From: Ferroglobus placidus DSM 10642
Lineage (GTDB): Archaea > Halobacteriota > Archaeoglobi > Archaeoglobales > Archaeoglobaceae
NCBI RefSeq assembly: GCF_000025505.1
Contig: NC_013849.1
Location: forward strand, 510,001-542,000
DNA length: 32,000 bases
Reading direction: 5' to 3'
Below, in pieces: positions 1 through 9,149 of the stretch (positions within the stretch are counted from its first letter, which is position 1; the number at the start of each line of letters is the position of its first letter). Both the position numbers and the translations under genes were made by a program. The notes under the pieces are model-generated. The model searched no databases. It was not told the origin of the DNA and saw nothing but the letters and a program-made list of their open reading frames with translations.

Positions 1-167
1 CCATAGAGCCCCTGGTAAAAAAGCTGGATGGCCCAGTTAATACCACCCGCTATGAAGTCCACGATCGGATTGCCTCCCCCTGTGTTGTTTCCTTCCTGCG
101 CCGCAACTGGCAGTATAACCGCTGTGAGTATCGCAATCAGCAGTATGGCCTTTACTACCTTCATCAT
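1..167 (-). CDS. N-terminal part of a secreted or membrane-anchored small protein; 3' end lies outside the window
   Basis: Hand translation from ATG at 167 (minus): MMKVVKAILLIAILTAVILPVAAQEGNNTGGGNPIVDFIAGGINWAIQLFYQGLYG... Lys-containing N-terminus, hydrophobic core and possible AA/Q cleavage site. Not in the supplied ORF track because it is short and truncated. Confidence 0.6.
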   Translation of the reverse strand, partial: MMKVVKAILLIAILTAVILPVAAQEGNNTGGGNPIVDFIAGGINWAIQLFYQGLY

Positions 168-326
168 ATTACACTATAGGTTATATTATGATAAAGCTTT
201 CTGTTGTTGCTTGATTGGTGGTTAGAGGAGAATATGGGAAGAAGTGTCATGGCATAGATAAACAGTTAAAAACTGTGGTTTTACTTATAGTGTAAGAAAA
301 AAGAGTGTTTTGAAATGCAAATTATC

Positions 327-400
327 TGGACCGGTGGGGATTTGAACCCCAGGCCTCCGCCATGCCAAGGCGGCGCTCTTCCAGGCTGAGCTACCGGCCC
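327..400 (-). tRNA. tRNA-Ala (anticodon GGC), CCA not encoded
   Basis: Cloverleaf: GGGCCGG TA GCTC...GAGC G CCGCC TTGGCAT GGCGG AGGCC TGGGG TTCAAAT CCCCA CCGGTCC A. Acceptor stem contains the G3:U70 pair typical of tRNA-Ala. Confidence 0.96.
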
Positions 401-496
401 AAGTGATTGTAATTTATCTAACTCCATGAGCTTATAAGGTTTATGGACAAGAGAAAAACATATTTTTCAAAGCAATAACCCTTTCACTGTTGCCCT

Positions 497-2008
497 ATGA
501 GAGGCGAAGTGGGGAAAATTGTCGGAGAAGCGACGCCTTATGAGTTCAGCTTTCAAATCTACAACCCTCTCGAAGTGAAGAAAGGAGATTTCGTGAAAGT
601 TTGGAACGACGCTGACGGATGGTTTGCGGCTTACGTTTCTGAAATAAAGGCTGTTTCAAAAAGCGATGAGAGAGATGGAAGTGAAACTTATCTGGCTAAA
701 GCAGTAGTCCTCGGAAAGAGAAGTGGAAAGAGCATAATTTTGCCGAAGACGCCTTTCGTTCCCGGAGATAGGGTTTTTAAAGCTGAGGAGGATTTCGTTG
801 CTGAATGCTTGGGATTTTACGAAGACGGCGTTTACTTGGGATACCTTGGGGATACGAAAATAAGAGTAACCCTAAACCCCAACACTCTCGTTCAAAAGCA
901 CGTTTGCATTTTGGCAAAAACGGGAAGCGGAAAAAGTTACACGGCAGCAGTAATAATCGAGGAACTGCTCGAGAAAGACGTGGCTCTCCTGATAATAGAT
1001 CCCCACGGAGAATACGAGAGCTTAAAGTATCCGAACGATGACGAAAGCCTCGAGGAGTTTGGTTTAAAACCGAAGGGTTACGCTGACAAAGTCAGGATGT
1101 TCGTTCCTCCTAAATCTCCGTTAGCTGACAAAGCCGACGGCATTCTAAGGCTCGACGGAATAAATCTATCTGCTGAAGAAATAATTGAAATGGGAGAAAT
1201 TAGAAAATCCTCGGCTCAGGCAGCTATCTACCAGTTAATACGGGAGATGAGGGGAAGGACTTACACGATTCAAGATTTGATAGATGAAGCTGAACAACTA
1301 AGCGGGAATCTCAAAGCTGAGATAATTGGAGCTTTAACTAAGATCGAAGAGACTGAACTTTTCAGCGAAAATCCAACGCCTATAGATGTCTTAATGCAGA
1401 AGGGGAAGGCAGTGATTTTAAATTTAGCCGGAGTAGATCCAGTTCATCAGGACATAATCGTGGCTAAGGTTTGCAGGGAGATATTTGAGATGAGGAAAAG
1501 GGGAGAGATAGATCCGGGGATGATCGTTGTCGATGAAGCTCATAACTTCGTTCCGGAGAAAGGAATTGACAAATCTGTTTCTTCGAGCATCCTCAGAACT
1601 ATAGCGAGCGAGGGAAGGAAGTTCGCTTTAGGACTTATGATAATTAGCCAGAGACCTGCAAGGATAGACAAAAACGTTCTCAGCCAGTGCAACACCCAGA
1701 TAATCCTTAGAGTTACGAATCCCAACGATATAAACTCGATAAAGAGGGGGGTTGAAGGGATAACCTCGGAAATGGTGGAAGAAATAAAAAGATTACCCGT
1801 CGGACATGCTCTCGTGATCACTCCCGACTTAGAGAGGCCGGTAATAGTTAGAGTTAGAACGAGAAAGAGCAAGCACAAAGAGGCTGAAGAGATAATTAAA
1901 TTTGAAAAGAAAAAAGCGAAGAAAGAAGAGAAAAGAAAGGACAGCCCGAAAAAGGAAATAAAGGAAAAGAAAGGGGGATTTTTCAAAAAGCTTTTCGGTG
2001 GTGATTGA
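497..2008 (+). CDS. HerA-family hexameric ATPase/helicase (N-terminal HAS-barrel-like domain plus DUF87 ATPase), with a charged C-terminal tail
   Basis: Walker A AKTGSGKSYTA, Walker B GMIVVDEAHNF, HerA-like ISQRPARIDKNVLSQCNTQIILRV motif; tail KKEEKRKDSPKKEIKEKKGGFFKKLFGGD. Confidence 0.88.
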   Translation: MRGEVGKIVGEATPYEFSFQIYNPLEVKKGDFVKVWNDADGWFAAYVSEIKAVSKSDERDGSETYLAKAVVLGKRSGKSIILPKTPFVPGDRVFKAEEDFVAECLGFYEDGVYLGYLGDTKIRVTLNPNTLVQKHVCILAKTGSGKSYTAAVIIEELLEKDVALLIIDPHGEYESLKYPNDDESLEEFGLKPKGYADKVRMFVPPKSPLADKADGILRLDGINLSAEEIIEMGEIRKSSAQAAIYQLIREMRGRTYTIQDLIDEAEQLSGNLKAEIIGALTKIEETELFSENPTPIDVLMQKGKAVILNLAGVDPVHQDIIVAKVCREIFEMRKRGEIDPGMIVVDEAHNFVPEKGIDKSVSSSILRTIASEGRKFALGLMIISQRPARIDKNVLSQCNTQIILRVTNPNDINSIKRGVEGITSEMVEEIKRLPVGHALVITPDLERPVIVRVRTRKSKHKEAEEIIKFEKKKAKKEEKRKDSPKKEIKEKKGGFFKKLFGGD

Positions 2009-2350
2009 ATGCCAGACTACATCGTGGTTTTGCAGGGGGCTTGGATAGTTAGGAATGCGAAGAGCGTTAAAGATGCGATGAACATAGCGGTAGCTGAAGC
2101 TGGGAAGAGACTGAATCCAGATCTCGATTTCGTTGAAGTTGACGTTGGAACTACGGAATGTCCCAAATGCAAACAGCCTTTGAAAAGCGTTTTTTTAGTA
2201 GCCAACACAGCTCTCGTTGGACTGATCTTTGAAATGAAAGTTTATAATGCTCAAAGCAAGGAACATGCTGCAAGAATAGCCAAATACGAAATTGGAAAAA
2301 GATTGCAGAGAATTCCTCTTGAGGTTATTGAGGTAGTGGAGCTCGAGTAA
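2009..2350 (+). CDS. UPF0212/DUF555 family conserved archaeal protein
   Basis: MPDYIVVLQGAWIVRNAKSVKDAMNIAVAEAGKRLNP...VGTTECPKCKQPL...; starts immediately after the upstream stop codon. Confidence 0.75.
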   Translation: MPDYIVVLQGAWIVRNAKSVKDAMNIAVAEAGKRLNPDLDFVEVDVGTTECPKCKQPLKSVFLVANTALVGLIFEMKVYNAQSKEHAARIAKYEIGKRLQRIPLEVIEVVELE

Positions 2351-2389
2351 GGAAAATTTTTTGTATTCTTCGAGGTATCGTAGAACTGC

Positions 2390-2878
2390 ATGGAAAGAGC
2401 CGAGGAAATTCTGAGAATCCTTGAAGATAACGCGAAGGTTTCTCCGAAGGAAATAGCAGAAATTCTCGATATGAAGGAGGAGGAAGTTGAAGAGATTATT
2501 AAAAAGCTTGAAGGAGAGAAGGTAATTTTGAAGTACAAAACCCTCGTTAACTGGGAAAAGCTTGGAGTCGAAGAGGTGTATGCGATTATTGATGTTAGAG
2601 TTAATTTAACGAGGGAGAAGGGCTACGACGACATAGCGAAGAGAATAGCTAAGTTTCCAGAAGTGCATGCTGTTAGGCTCGTAAGCGGTGAGTACGACTT
2701 TCAGGTTGTTGTGAAGGGGAAGTCGCTGAAGGACATAGCTTTCTTCGTTGCCGAAAAGATTTCCACGATTCCGGAAGTTAGGGACACGGTTACCCACTTC
2801 GTTCTAAGAACGTACAAGGAGGAGGGAGTTCTTCTCTTCGAAGATGAAGAAGATAGGAGGCTTGCAATTGTCCCGTAA
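2390..2878 (+). CDS. Lrp/AsnC-family transcriptional regulator
   Basis: N-terminal winged HTH (ILEDNAKVSPKEIAEILDMKEEEV) and C-terminal RAM/ACT-like domain (VRLVSGEYDFQVVVKGKSLKDIAFFVAEKI). Confidence 0.88.
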   Translation: MERAEEILRILEDNAKVSPKEIAEILDMKEEEVEEIIKKLEGEKVILKYKTLVNWEKLGVEEVYAIIDVRVNLTREKGYDDIAKRIAKFPEVHAVRLVSGEYDFQVVVKGKSLKDIAFFVAEKISTIPEVRDTVTHFVLRTYKEEGVLLFEDEEDRRLAIVP

Positions 2879-3998
2879 AGTTAACGAGAAAGTTGCGAAT
2901 TTAAAGCCCTCCGGAATAAGAAGGTTTTTCGACTTAATCATTGGAAGGGAAGATGTGATAAGTCTCGGAGTGGGAGAGCCGGATTTCCCGGTTCCGTGGA
3001 AGATAAGAGAGGAGATGATCTACAGCCTCGAGAAGGGGATCACATCGTATACATCAAATCAGGGCTTACCGGAACTGAGAAATGCGATAGCAGAATACTA
3101 CGAGAAGTTCGGTTTTAAACCGGATCCGGACAGAATAATCGTAACGACCGGCGTAAGCGAGGGAATAGATATAGCCCTGAGAGCTATAATAAATCCGGGA
3201 GATAAAGTTATAATTCCCGAACCGTGCTACGTCTCCTACGAACCCCTTTCGATTTTGGCTGGAGCGGAAGTTGTGAAAATTCCCACAACTCCTGATTTCA
3301 AGCCGAGATACGAAGACCTCGTGAAAGTGGGAAAAGCCAAGGCTATAATAATCAATTACCCGAACAACCCGACTGGAGTTAGCTACAGCCAGAAGGACTT
3401 GGAGGAGATTGCCGACGCAGCAATCGAATTGGACGCGATAATAATTTCAGACGAAATTTACTCGGAGCTGAGCTACACTTTTAAACACACTTCCATAGCC
3501 TCTCTTAACGGTATGGAGGATAGAGTTGTTGTTTTAAACGGGTTTTCGAAAAGTTTTGCAATGACCGGGCTTAGAATTGGCTACGCGATAGCTCCCGACG
3601 AAATCTTCGAAGCTATGCTGAAAATTCACCAGTACTGCATGCTCTGCGCCCCCGTTACTGCTCAAATTGGGGCTATAGAGGCTTTGAGGAACGGAGAGAG
3701 CGATCTCGAAAGGATGAGGGCTGAGTATTTAAGGAGGAGAAACTACTTCGTCCGAAGGCTGCGGGAAGTTTTCGAAGTTAGAATGCCTGACGGTGCTTTT
3801 TACGTATTTCCAAAGATAAATGCGAACAGCGAGGAATTCGCTGAGAGGCTTCTTTTTGAGAAAAACGTAGCAGTCGTTCCCGGTAACGCTTTCGGTGAGT
3901 GCGGGGAGGGATACATAAGATGCGCTTACGCGGTTTCGATGGAAAAGCTGAAGGAAGCGGCTGACAGAATCGTGGACTTTGCGAAAAGAATTGGTTAA
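2868..3998 (+). CDS. Class I/II pyridoxal-phosphate aminotransferase (aspartate aminotransferase-like)
   Basis: PLP lysine motif NGFSKSFAMTGLRIGYA; NYPNNPTG; VGEPDFPVPW. The track start is 2844, but TTG at 2868 lies 7 nt after AGGAGG and gives LSRKVNEKV..., the better start. Confidence 0.9.
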   Translation: MSRKVNEKVANLKPSGIRRFFDLIIGREDVISLGVGEPDFPVPWKIREEMIYSLEKGITSYTSNQGLPELRNAIAEYYEKFGFKPDPDRIIVTTGVSEGIDIALRAIINPGDKVIIPEPCYVSYEPLSILAGAEVVKIPTTPDFKPRYEDLVKVGKAKAIIINYPNNPTGVSYSQKDLEEIADAAIELDAIIISDEIYSELSYTFKHTSIASLNGMEDRVVVLNGFSKSFAMTGLRIGYAIAPDEIFEAMLKIHQYCMLCAPVTAQIGAIEALRNGESDLERMRAEYLRRRNYFVRRLREVFEVRMPDGAFYVFPKINANSEEFAERLLFEKNVAVVPGNAFGECGEGYIRCAYAVSMEKLKEAADRIVDFAKRIG

Positions 3999-4450
3999 AT
4001 TTTTCTGAACATTCTTATCCACTTTCCAAATCTTCCCTTCTCTCTGAACCCATGTTTCTCGTAGAATTTTTTTGCCCTCTCGTTTCTTTCTCCCACCCAG
4101 AGCTCAGCGAAGTCCTTTTTTTTCTCTCTCAGGTATTCTATTCCCTTTTCGAGGAGTTTGGATCCTATTCCTTTTCCCCAGAATTCCCTCTTTACCGCAA
4201 GCTCGTGAATCTCTCCCACTTTCTTCATCTCAAAGGGGCTGAACCAGTTTGAATCGCAAGCTATGACTCCGACAGGTTCAGAAAGCTCTGCAAAGAAGAT
4301 TCCTTCCGGATCTCGATTCATCAGCCACCTGTAGTAATTTTTTATTTCCCTCCTCGTCGTGTAAGCGTATTCCTCCAAATCCTCGTAAGCATCTTGGTAT
4401 ATTTCGACGAAGTGCTTTATGTCCTCTTTTCTACCCCTCCGTATTATCAC
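3995..4450 (-). CDS. GNAT-family N-acetyltransferase
   Basis: GNAT motif A: ELAVKREFWGKGIGSKLLEKGIEYLREK, followed by ERNERAKKFYEKHGFREKG. Confidence 0.9.
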   Translation of the reverse strand: MIIRRGRKEDIKHFVEIYQDAYEDLEEYAYTTRREIKNYYRWLMNRDPEGIFFAELSEPVGVIACDSNWFSPFEMKKVGEIHELAVKREFWGKGIGSKLLEKGIEYLREKKKDFAELWVGERNERAKKFYEKHGFREKGRFGKWIRMFRKI

Positions 4451-4489
4451 GCTACAAACTTTTTTATCATTGCGAAAATACTTTACTCC

Positions 4490-5458
4490 ATGAAGCTGAT
4501 AAACCTGCTCAGAGATCTCGTCGAAATAGATTCCGAGTCTGGAAAAGAGGATGAAATCGTCGATTACGTCACCGAGTTTTTAGAAGACCTCGGCTACTCT
4601 CCTAAGGTAGAGGAAAAGAAGGTAAAAAACGTGGTATTGGAGGGAAAGGGAGATTTGTGGCTGATTACTCACCTCGATACGACGAGAAAACTTACCGGTT
4701 TCTCCTTCGACGGAGTTTACTGCTACGGCACTGGAGTTTGCGATGCCAAAGCGAGCGTTGCAGCAATACTGAGTGCGATAGAGGAAAGCGAAGAGTTCGT
4801 TTTAAATGTCGCTTTTCTCTCGGATGAAGAAGAAGGGGGAAGAGGTTCGGAGCATTTCGCAAGGAGGAGGAAGGGAAGAGCCATAATAATGGAGCCGACT
4901 GAGTTAAAAGTTGCTGAAGCGCAGTACGGAAGTGCGGAGATTACGGTGAACGTCAAAGGAAAACCCTCCCACGGAGCTTTTCCGGATTTCGGAGTAAGTG
5001 CAATCGAAAAAGCCTACGAGCTGTACGAAAAGATAAAAAACATATGGAGAGGTTTTTCGATTCAGGAGATTAGAGGTGGTGACAGCAGCTACTCTATTCC
5101 AGAGGAGTGCTTTATCAGGTTCGCTTTCGTTTTTCCTCCGGAAGTAAGCAGTAGCGACATTCTTGAAAAAGTTTTGAAAATAGCGGAGAACTACGGTGAG
5201 GTGGAAGTTGTAGAGTTCTGGGATGGATTTTACTGCGATGAAATTGTCGAGCTCGCAAAAATAGTAGAGGAGAGGACTGTTATGAAAAGCTGGACGGATG
5301 CAGCAAATCTAAAAGCTGAGGGGTGGAAGGTGACGGTTTGGGGTCCGGGGGAACTTGAGTACTGCCACACAAAATACGAGAGAGTGAAAGTTGCGGAAGT
5401 CGAAAAAGCGAAGGAGGTAATCGGAAGAATGAACGAATTTATTCTATCCTCTTTCTGA
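4490..5458 (+). CDS. M20-family metallopeptidase/deacetylase (ArgE/DapE/LysK-like)
   Basis: THLDT, GTGVCDAKAS, SDEEEGGRGSEHF motifs. The track start (4394) runs into the divergent GNAT gene; ATG at 4490 (MKLINLLRDLVEIDSESGKE) is the likely start. Confidence 0.85.
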   Translation: MKLINLLRDLVEIDSESGKEDEIVDYVTEFLEDLGYSPKVEEKKVKNVVLEGKGDLWLITHLDTTRKLTGFSFDGVYCYGTGVCDAKASVAAILSAIEESEEFVLNVAFLSDEEEGGRGSEHFARRRKGRAIIMEPTELKVAEAQYGSAEITVNVKGKPSHGAFPDFGVSAIEKAYELYEKIKNIWRGFSIQEIRGGDSSYSIPEECFIRFAFVFPPEVSSSDILEKVLKIAENYGEVEVVEFWDGFYCDEIVELAKIVEERTVMKSWTDAANLKAEGWKVTVWGPGELEYCHTKYERVKVAEVEKAKEVIGRMNEFILSSF

Positions 5459-6614
5459 AGAATTTTTCCGAAAGTCCAAGGACTGAAGCGAGCCCTATCA
5501 AGTTCTCTTTCGAGATCGTTCCGTCGGCGATCTCTTTCAAAACTTTCTTGGCGTTGAAAGCGATTCCGAGTCCAGCATTTTTTATCATGATTCTGTCGTT
5601 AGCTCCGTCTCCAACAGCCACTACGTTCTCCTCGCTTATTCCCTCTCTTTCGGCTATTTCTTTTATTATTCTCGCCTTTTCCTCAGCGTCTATTATTCTT
5701 CCCTTTATCTCTCCCGTGAGCTTTCCGTCTTTAATTTCAAGCTCGTTTCCGAAGGCGTAATCAAGTCCGAGCTCTTCCTTGAGCCTTTCGGTGAAGTACG
5801 TAAATCCTCCACTTACGAGAGCCACTTTATATCCGCTTTCCTTTAAAGCCTGAATGAGCTCTTTCGCCCCTTCTGTGAGCTTGATCTCGCTGTAAATCTT
5901 TTCGAGAACCTCTACTGGCAATCCCTTCAAAAGCCTGACTCTCTCCCTTAAAGCGGTCTCAAAATCTATTTCTCCGCTCATCGCTTTTTCGGTGAGCTTT
6001 TTAACCTCCTCCTCAACCCCGGCAGCCTTTGCGAGTTCATCTATTATCTCGTTCTCTATCAGAGTTGAATCCATGTCGAAAACTATCAACCTCTTTTGCT
6101 TCTTCGCTATCTCGTAGGGTTGAATGACTATATCCAATCCCGTTTTTTCAATCTCCTCTTTTAGCTGCTTTTTAACCTTCTCCGGATCAGCTTCCCTAAC
6201 ATCGACGACAAAGGTTATTGAAATTAGCTGGTCTCTCGCAGTAAGCGATGTTTTTTCGATGTTTATCCCGTGCTGGTAGAGTATCTTCGTAACATCCCTA
6301 ACTATTCCGACCCTATCCCTACCTATAATCGTGATCTGGTAGAGCTTCTTCTTCCTCTGCTTTTTCCTTTCGAAAGGAGCTACGTGAACATCGACACCTA
6401 TTTCTTCCCCTTTCTCCTTTAATTTTCTTTCGAGCTCCTCTAAGCTTATTTTGCACTTTTCAACGTCTCCAACGATAAACATCAGAAACATTCCCTGAAG
6501 TACGGTCTGCTCTATATCAACTATGTTGACGTTGTTTTCAGCTAAAACTTCCGAAATACCGTAGACTATCCCCGGCTTATCCTCTCCGTAGACGGAGACG
6601 GCTATTAGTTTCAC
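5439..6614 (-). CDS. serB: Phosphoserine phosphatase with two N-terminal ACT domains
   Basis: HAD motif I VFDMDSTLIENEIIDELA, motif II ALVSGGFTYF, motif IV VAVGDGANDRIMIKNAGLGIAF; two ACT-like repeats at the N-terminus. Confidence 0.93.
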   Translation of the reverse strand: MKLIAVSVYGEDKPGIVYGISEVLAENNVNIVDIEQTVLQGMFLMFIVGDVEKCKISLEELERKLKEKGEEIGVDVHVAPFERKKQRKKKLYQITIIGRDRVGIVRDVTKILYQHGINIEKTSLTARDQLISITFVVDVREADPEKVKKQLKEEIEKTGLDIVIQPYEIAKKQKRLIVFDMDSTLIENEIIDELAKAAGVEEEVKKLTEKAMSGEIDFETALRERVRLLKGLPVEVLEKIYSEIKLTEGAKELIQALKESGYKVALVSGGFTYFTERLKEELGLDYAFGNELEIKDGKLTGEIKGRIIDAEEKARIIKEIAEREGISEENVVAVGDGANDRIMIKNAGLGIAFNAKKVLKEIADGTISKENLIGLASVLGLSEKFFRKRIE

Positions 6615-6667
6615 AGAGACTTTTGAACGAATCGGTATTTTAATTTACCCAAGTTAGAGCTTTAATC

Positions 6668-7786
6668 ATGCGAGAGAAAAGAATCGATAATCTTCGAGAA
6701 GTGCTCGAAAGAAGAAATCTGGATGTTGCGCTCGTTTTGTATCATCTGAACGTTTATTACTTCAACGCCACAGCCCAGCTTGGAGCGCTGATAGTTCCGA
6801 GAGAAGGGGATCCGGTTTTTTACGTAATAAGAGACTACGAGAGAGCTAAAGAAGAAAGCGAATTCAAGTGCGTTAAGGTGAAAAGCTTCGGGGAAATTCT
6901 TTCGAAAGTTAAGGGTCAAAGAGTAGGAGTAGATTTGAGCTTGGTGAACGGAAAAATTTTGTCGCGACTCAGCGGAATGAGCTTCGAAGACATAACCGAC
7001 GAAATTCTAAGGTTGAGGATGGTTAAAGATGAGGAAGAGATTAAACTTGTAGAGAAAGCAGTAAATATGTGTTGCGAAGTTTTGGAAAAAGTTCCGGAGA
7101 TTTTAAAAGATGGGATGAGGGAATTTGAACTCGCTGCCAAGCTCGAATGCGAACTGAAAATGCTCGGACACGACGGCTACCTTGAAGGCAGAAACTTCGA
7201 TTACCTCCCCAACGTTGTCGTAGCTTCTTCCGGATCAGCTAAACCGAGCAAACTTTCAGCCGTGACTGCTGGAGCGGGAATGAGCGCCGCTTGTCCCATC
7301 GGCAGTGGCAAGAAAAGGATGAGGAGGGGTGATGTAGTCTGGATAGACATCGGCGGAAGAGTGGAAGGTTACAGCTCCGACGTAACAAGGTGCTTTACGA
7401 TAGGAAAAGCGGATGAGAGTGTTTACGAAACTTACGAAAGACTGAAAGAGCTTTACGAAAACTGTCTTAAAATGATGAGAGAAGGGATTGAGGTTGGCGA
7501 GTTTTTCAGAAAAGCTTTCGAGCTCGCTAAAGAGCTTGAAATCTTCGATGGGTTTATGGGTAGAGTGGAAAAGATGAAGTTCGTCGGACACGGAATAGGA
7601 CTGAACATCGACGAATATCCCGTTCTGGGAGATTTCAAGGAAAAGCTAAAGAGAAATGTTGTAGTCGCTTTCGAGCCTAAGGTAATACTCGAAGATTTTA
7701 CGGGATTAGGAATTGAATCGGACGTGCTTATAGGAGAGAAAGCCGAGGTTCTCGATAAAATAACTTTTGAGCTCGTTGAGTGCTGA
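6668..7786 (+). CDS. M24-family Xaa-Pro aminopeptidase/dipeptidase
   Basis: Metal-site motifs VWIDIGGRVEGYSSDVTRCF, FVGHGIGLNIDEYP, VVAFEPKV. Confidence 0.9.
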   Translation: MREKRIDNLREVLERRNLDVALVLYHLNVYYFNATAQLGALIVPREGDPVFYVIRDYERAKEESEFKCVKVKSFGEILSKVKGQRVGVDLSLVNGKILSRLSGMSFEDITDEILRLRMVKDEEEIKLVEKAVNMCCEVLEKVPEILKDGMREFELAAKLECELKMLGHDGYLEGRNFDYLPNVVVASSGSAKPSKLSAVTAGAGMSAACPIGSGKKRMRRGDVVWIDIGGRVEGYSSDVTRCFTIGKADESVYETYERLKELYENCLKMMREGIEVGEFFRKAFELAKELEIFDGFMGRVEKMKFVGHGIGLNIDEYPVLGDFKEKLKRNVVVAFEPKVILEDFTGLGIESDVLIGEKAEVLDKITFELVEC

Positions 7787-7810
7787 AGTCAAATAAATTG
7801 CTCATTCGAA

Positions 7811-7867
7811 AATTTTTTATATTCTTTGCTATTTTGAGACTCAGTGACAAAGTGACAAGGTGATGGA
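7811..7867 (+). promoter_or_regulatory. TATA-like element followed by a tandem AGTGACAA AGTGACAA GGTGAT leader upstream of the aldolase-family gene
   Basis: TTTTTTATAT near 7813..7822; two perfect 8-mers at 7843..7850 and 7851..7858, running into the GGTGAT Shine-Dalgarno. Confidence 0.45.
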
Positions 7868-8674
7868 ATGAGCGGCGTAATAGGGAAGAGAATAAGGATT
7901 GAAAGGGTGATAAACAGGGAGAACGGGAACACTGTAATAGTTCCAATGGATCACGGAGTTTCTTTGGGACCGATACACGGATTAATAGACATCGCAAAAA
8001 CGATAAACGAAGTTGCTGAGGGAGGAGCAAATGCTGTAGTCGTTCACAAGGGTATAGTGCCGATAGGTCATAGGGGTTACGGAAAAGATATCGGACTCAT
8101 TCTTCACCTTTCCGCATCGACGAAGCTCTCTCCGGATCCGAACAACAAAGTTCTCGTGGCTACCGTAGAGGAGGCTATAAAACTCGGAGCTGATGCCGTT
8201 AGCGTTCACGTGAACGTTGGGAGTGAAACGGAAGCAAATCAGCTCGAAAAACTTGGAAGAATTGCGAAAGAGTGTGCTGAATGGGGAATGCCCTTACTGG
8301 CTATGATGTACCCGAGGGGAAACGGCATTAACCAGTTCGACGAGAAAGCTGTGAGCTTGGCAGCGAGAGTTGGAGCTGAGCTTGGAGCAGACATCGTCAA
8401 GACGAATTTCACCGGAAGCGTTGAAAGCTTTAAAAAAGTAACAGAAGGCTGCCCAGTGCCGGTGGTTGTGGCTGGAGGAGAAAAAATGGATTCTCCTGAA
8501 GACGTCCTTAAGATGGTTGAGATGGCTATGGATGCCGGAGCGAGGGGAGTTGCTATAGGGAGGAACATTTTCCAAGCTGAAAATCCGAGGAAAATGACGA
8601 AGGCTATAGCGATGATCGTTCATGAAAACGCCACTTATAAAGAGGCTTTGGATTACCTAAAATCGGAGGAGTAA
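7868..8674 (+). CDS. DhnA/class I aldolase family, 2-amino-3,7-dideoxy-D-threo-hept-6-ulosonate synthase
   Basis: [19 protein letters not shown]; LLAMMYPRG; [10 protein letters not shown] (Schiff-base Lys region); [10 protein letters not shown]; [12 protein letters not shown]. Confidence 0.85.
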   Translation: MSGVIGKRIRIERVINRENGNTVIVPMDHGVSLGPIHGLIDIAKTINEVAEGGANAVVVHKGIVPIGHRGYGKDIGLILHLSASTKLSPDPNNKVLVATVEEAIKLGADAVSVHVNVGSETEANQLEKLGRIAKECAEWGMPLLAMMYPRGNGINQFDEKAVSLAARVGAELGADIVKTNFTGSVESFKKVTEGCPVPVVVAGGEKMDSPEDVLKMVEMAMDAGARGVAIGRNIFQAENPRKMTKAIAMIVHENATYKEALDYLKSEE

Positions 8675-8712
8675 TCAGAAGCTTTTCTCGTTTATTTTTT
8701 CGAGTCGTAAAG

Positions 8713-8777
8713 CGGCTGATTAAAATAGTAATCGTTAAATATAGCCGAACAGAGTTATTAAAAGACGGTGATCTGTT
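8713..8777 (+). promoter_or_regulatory. fwd operon promoter region: TTAAATATA box with two short inverted repeats
   Basis: CGGCT (8713..8717)/AGCCG (8743..8747) flanks the AT-rich TATA region; AACAGA (8748..8753)/TCTGTT (8772..8777) flanks the GGTGAT Shine-Dalgarno and abuts the ATG. Confidence 0.4.
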
Positions 8778-9149
8778 ATGCCCATTGAAGTGGAGATTAT
8801 AACCGGCAGAACGATAGATCAAGGTAAGACGGTTGATGAAAAACTGACGGAAGAGTACTTCAAAGCCGTAAGCTACTGCGAACTGAACGAGGAGGATTTT
8901 AAAGCTCTCGGCTTGAAGGAGGGGGATAGGGTAAAAATCAAAACCGAATTTGGAGAGGTTGTCGTTTTTGCGAAAATTGGAAGCGTTCCTAAGGGCGTTG
9001 TCTTTATTCCGATGGGTCCTTACGCGAACCAAATTACCAGCGACGATACAGATGGGACAGGAATGCCCCTTTTTAAGGGTGTTAGAGGAATTGTTGAGAA
9101 GACTGAGGAGAACGTGAAGTCTGTAAAAGAGATTTTAGGGGTGGAGTAA
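8778..9149 (+). CDS. fwdD: Formylmethanofuran dehydrogenase subunit D
   Basis: Molybdopterin-dinucleotide-binding-like domain (EVEIITGRTIDQGK...VFIPMGPYANQIT..DGTGMPLFKG), immediately upstream of fwdB. Confidence 0.9.
   Translation: MPIEVEIITGRTIDQGKTVDEKLTEEYFKAVSYCELNEEDFKALGLKEGDRVKIKTEFGEVVVFAKIGSVPKGVVFIPMGPYANQITSDDTDGTGMPLFKGVRGIVEKTEENVKSVKEILGVE

Noticed and set aside
1540-1986. 148-aa minus-strand ORF MKNPPFFSFISFFGLSFLFSS...
   Set aside because: Antisense shadow of the HerA Lys/Glu-rich 3' end; Phe/Ser-rich translation is what the reverse of AAG/GAA-rich coding DNA gives.
4394-4489. 32-residue N-terminal extension of the M20 peptidase (MVYFDEVLYVLFSTPPYYHATNFFII...)
   Set aside because: Overlaps the divergent GNAT start; ATG 4490 gives the expected N-terminus.
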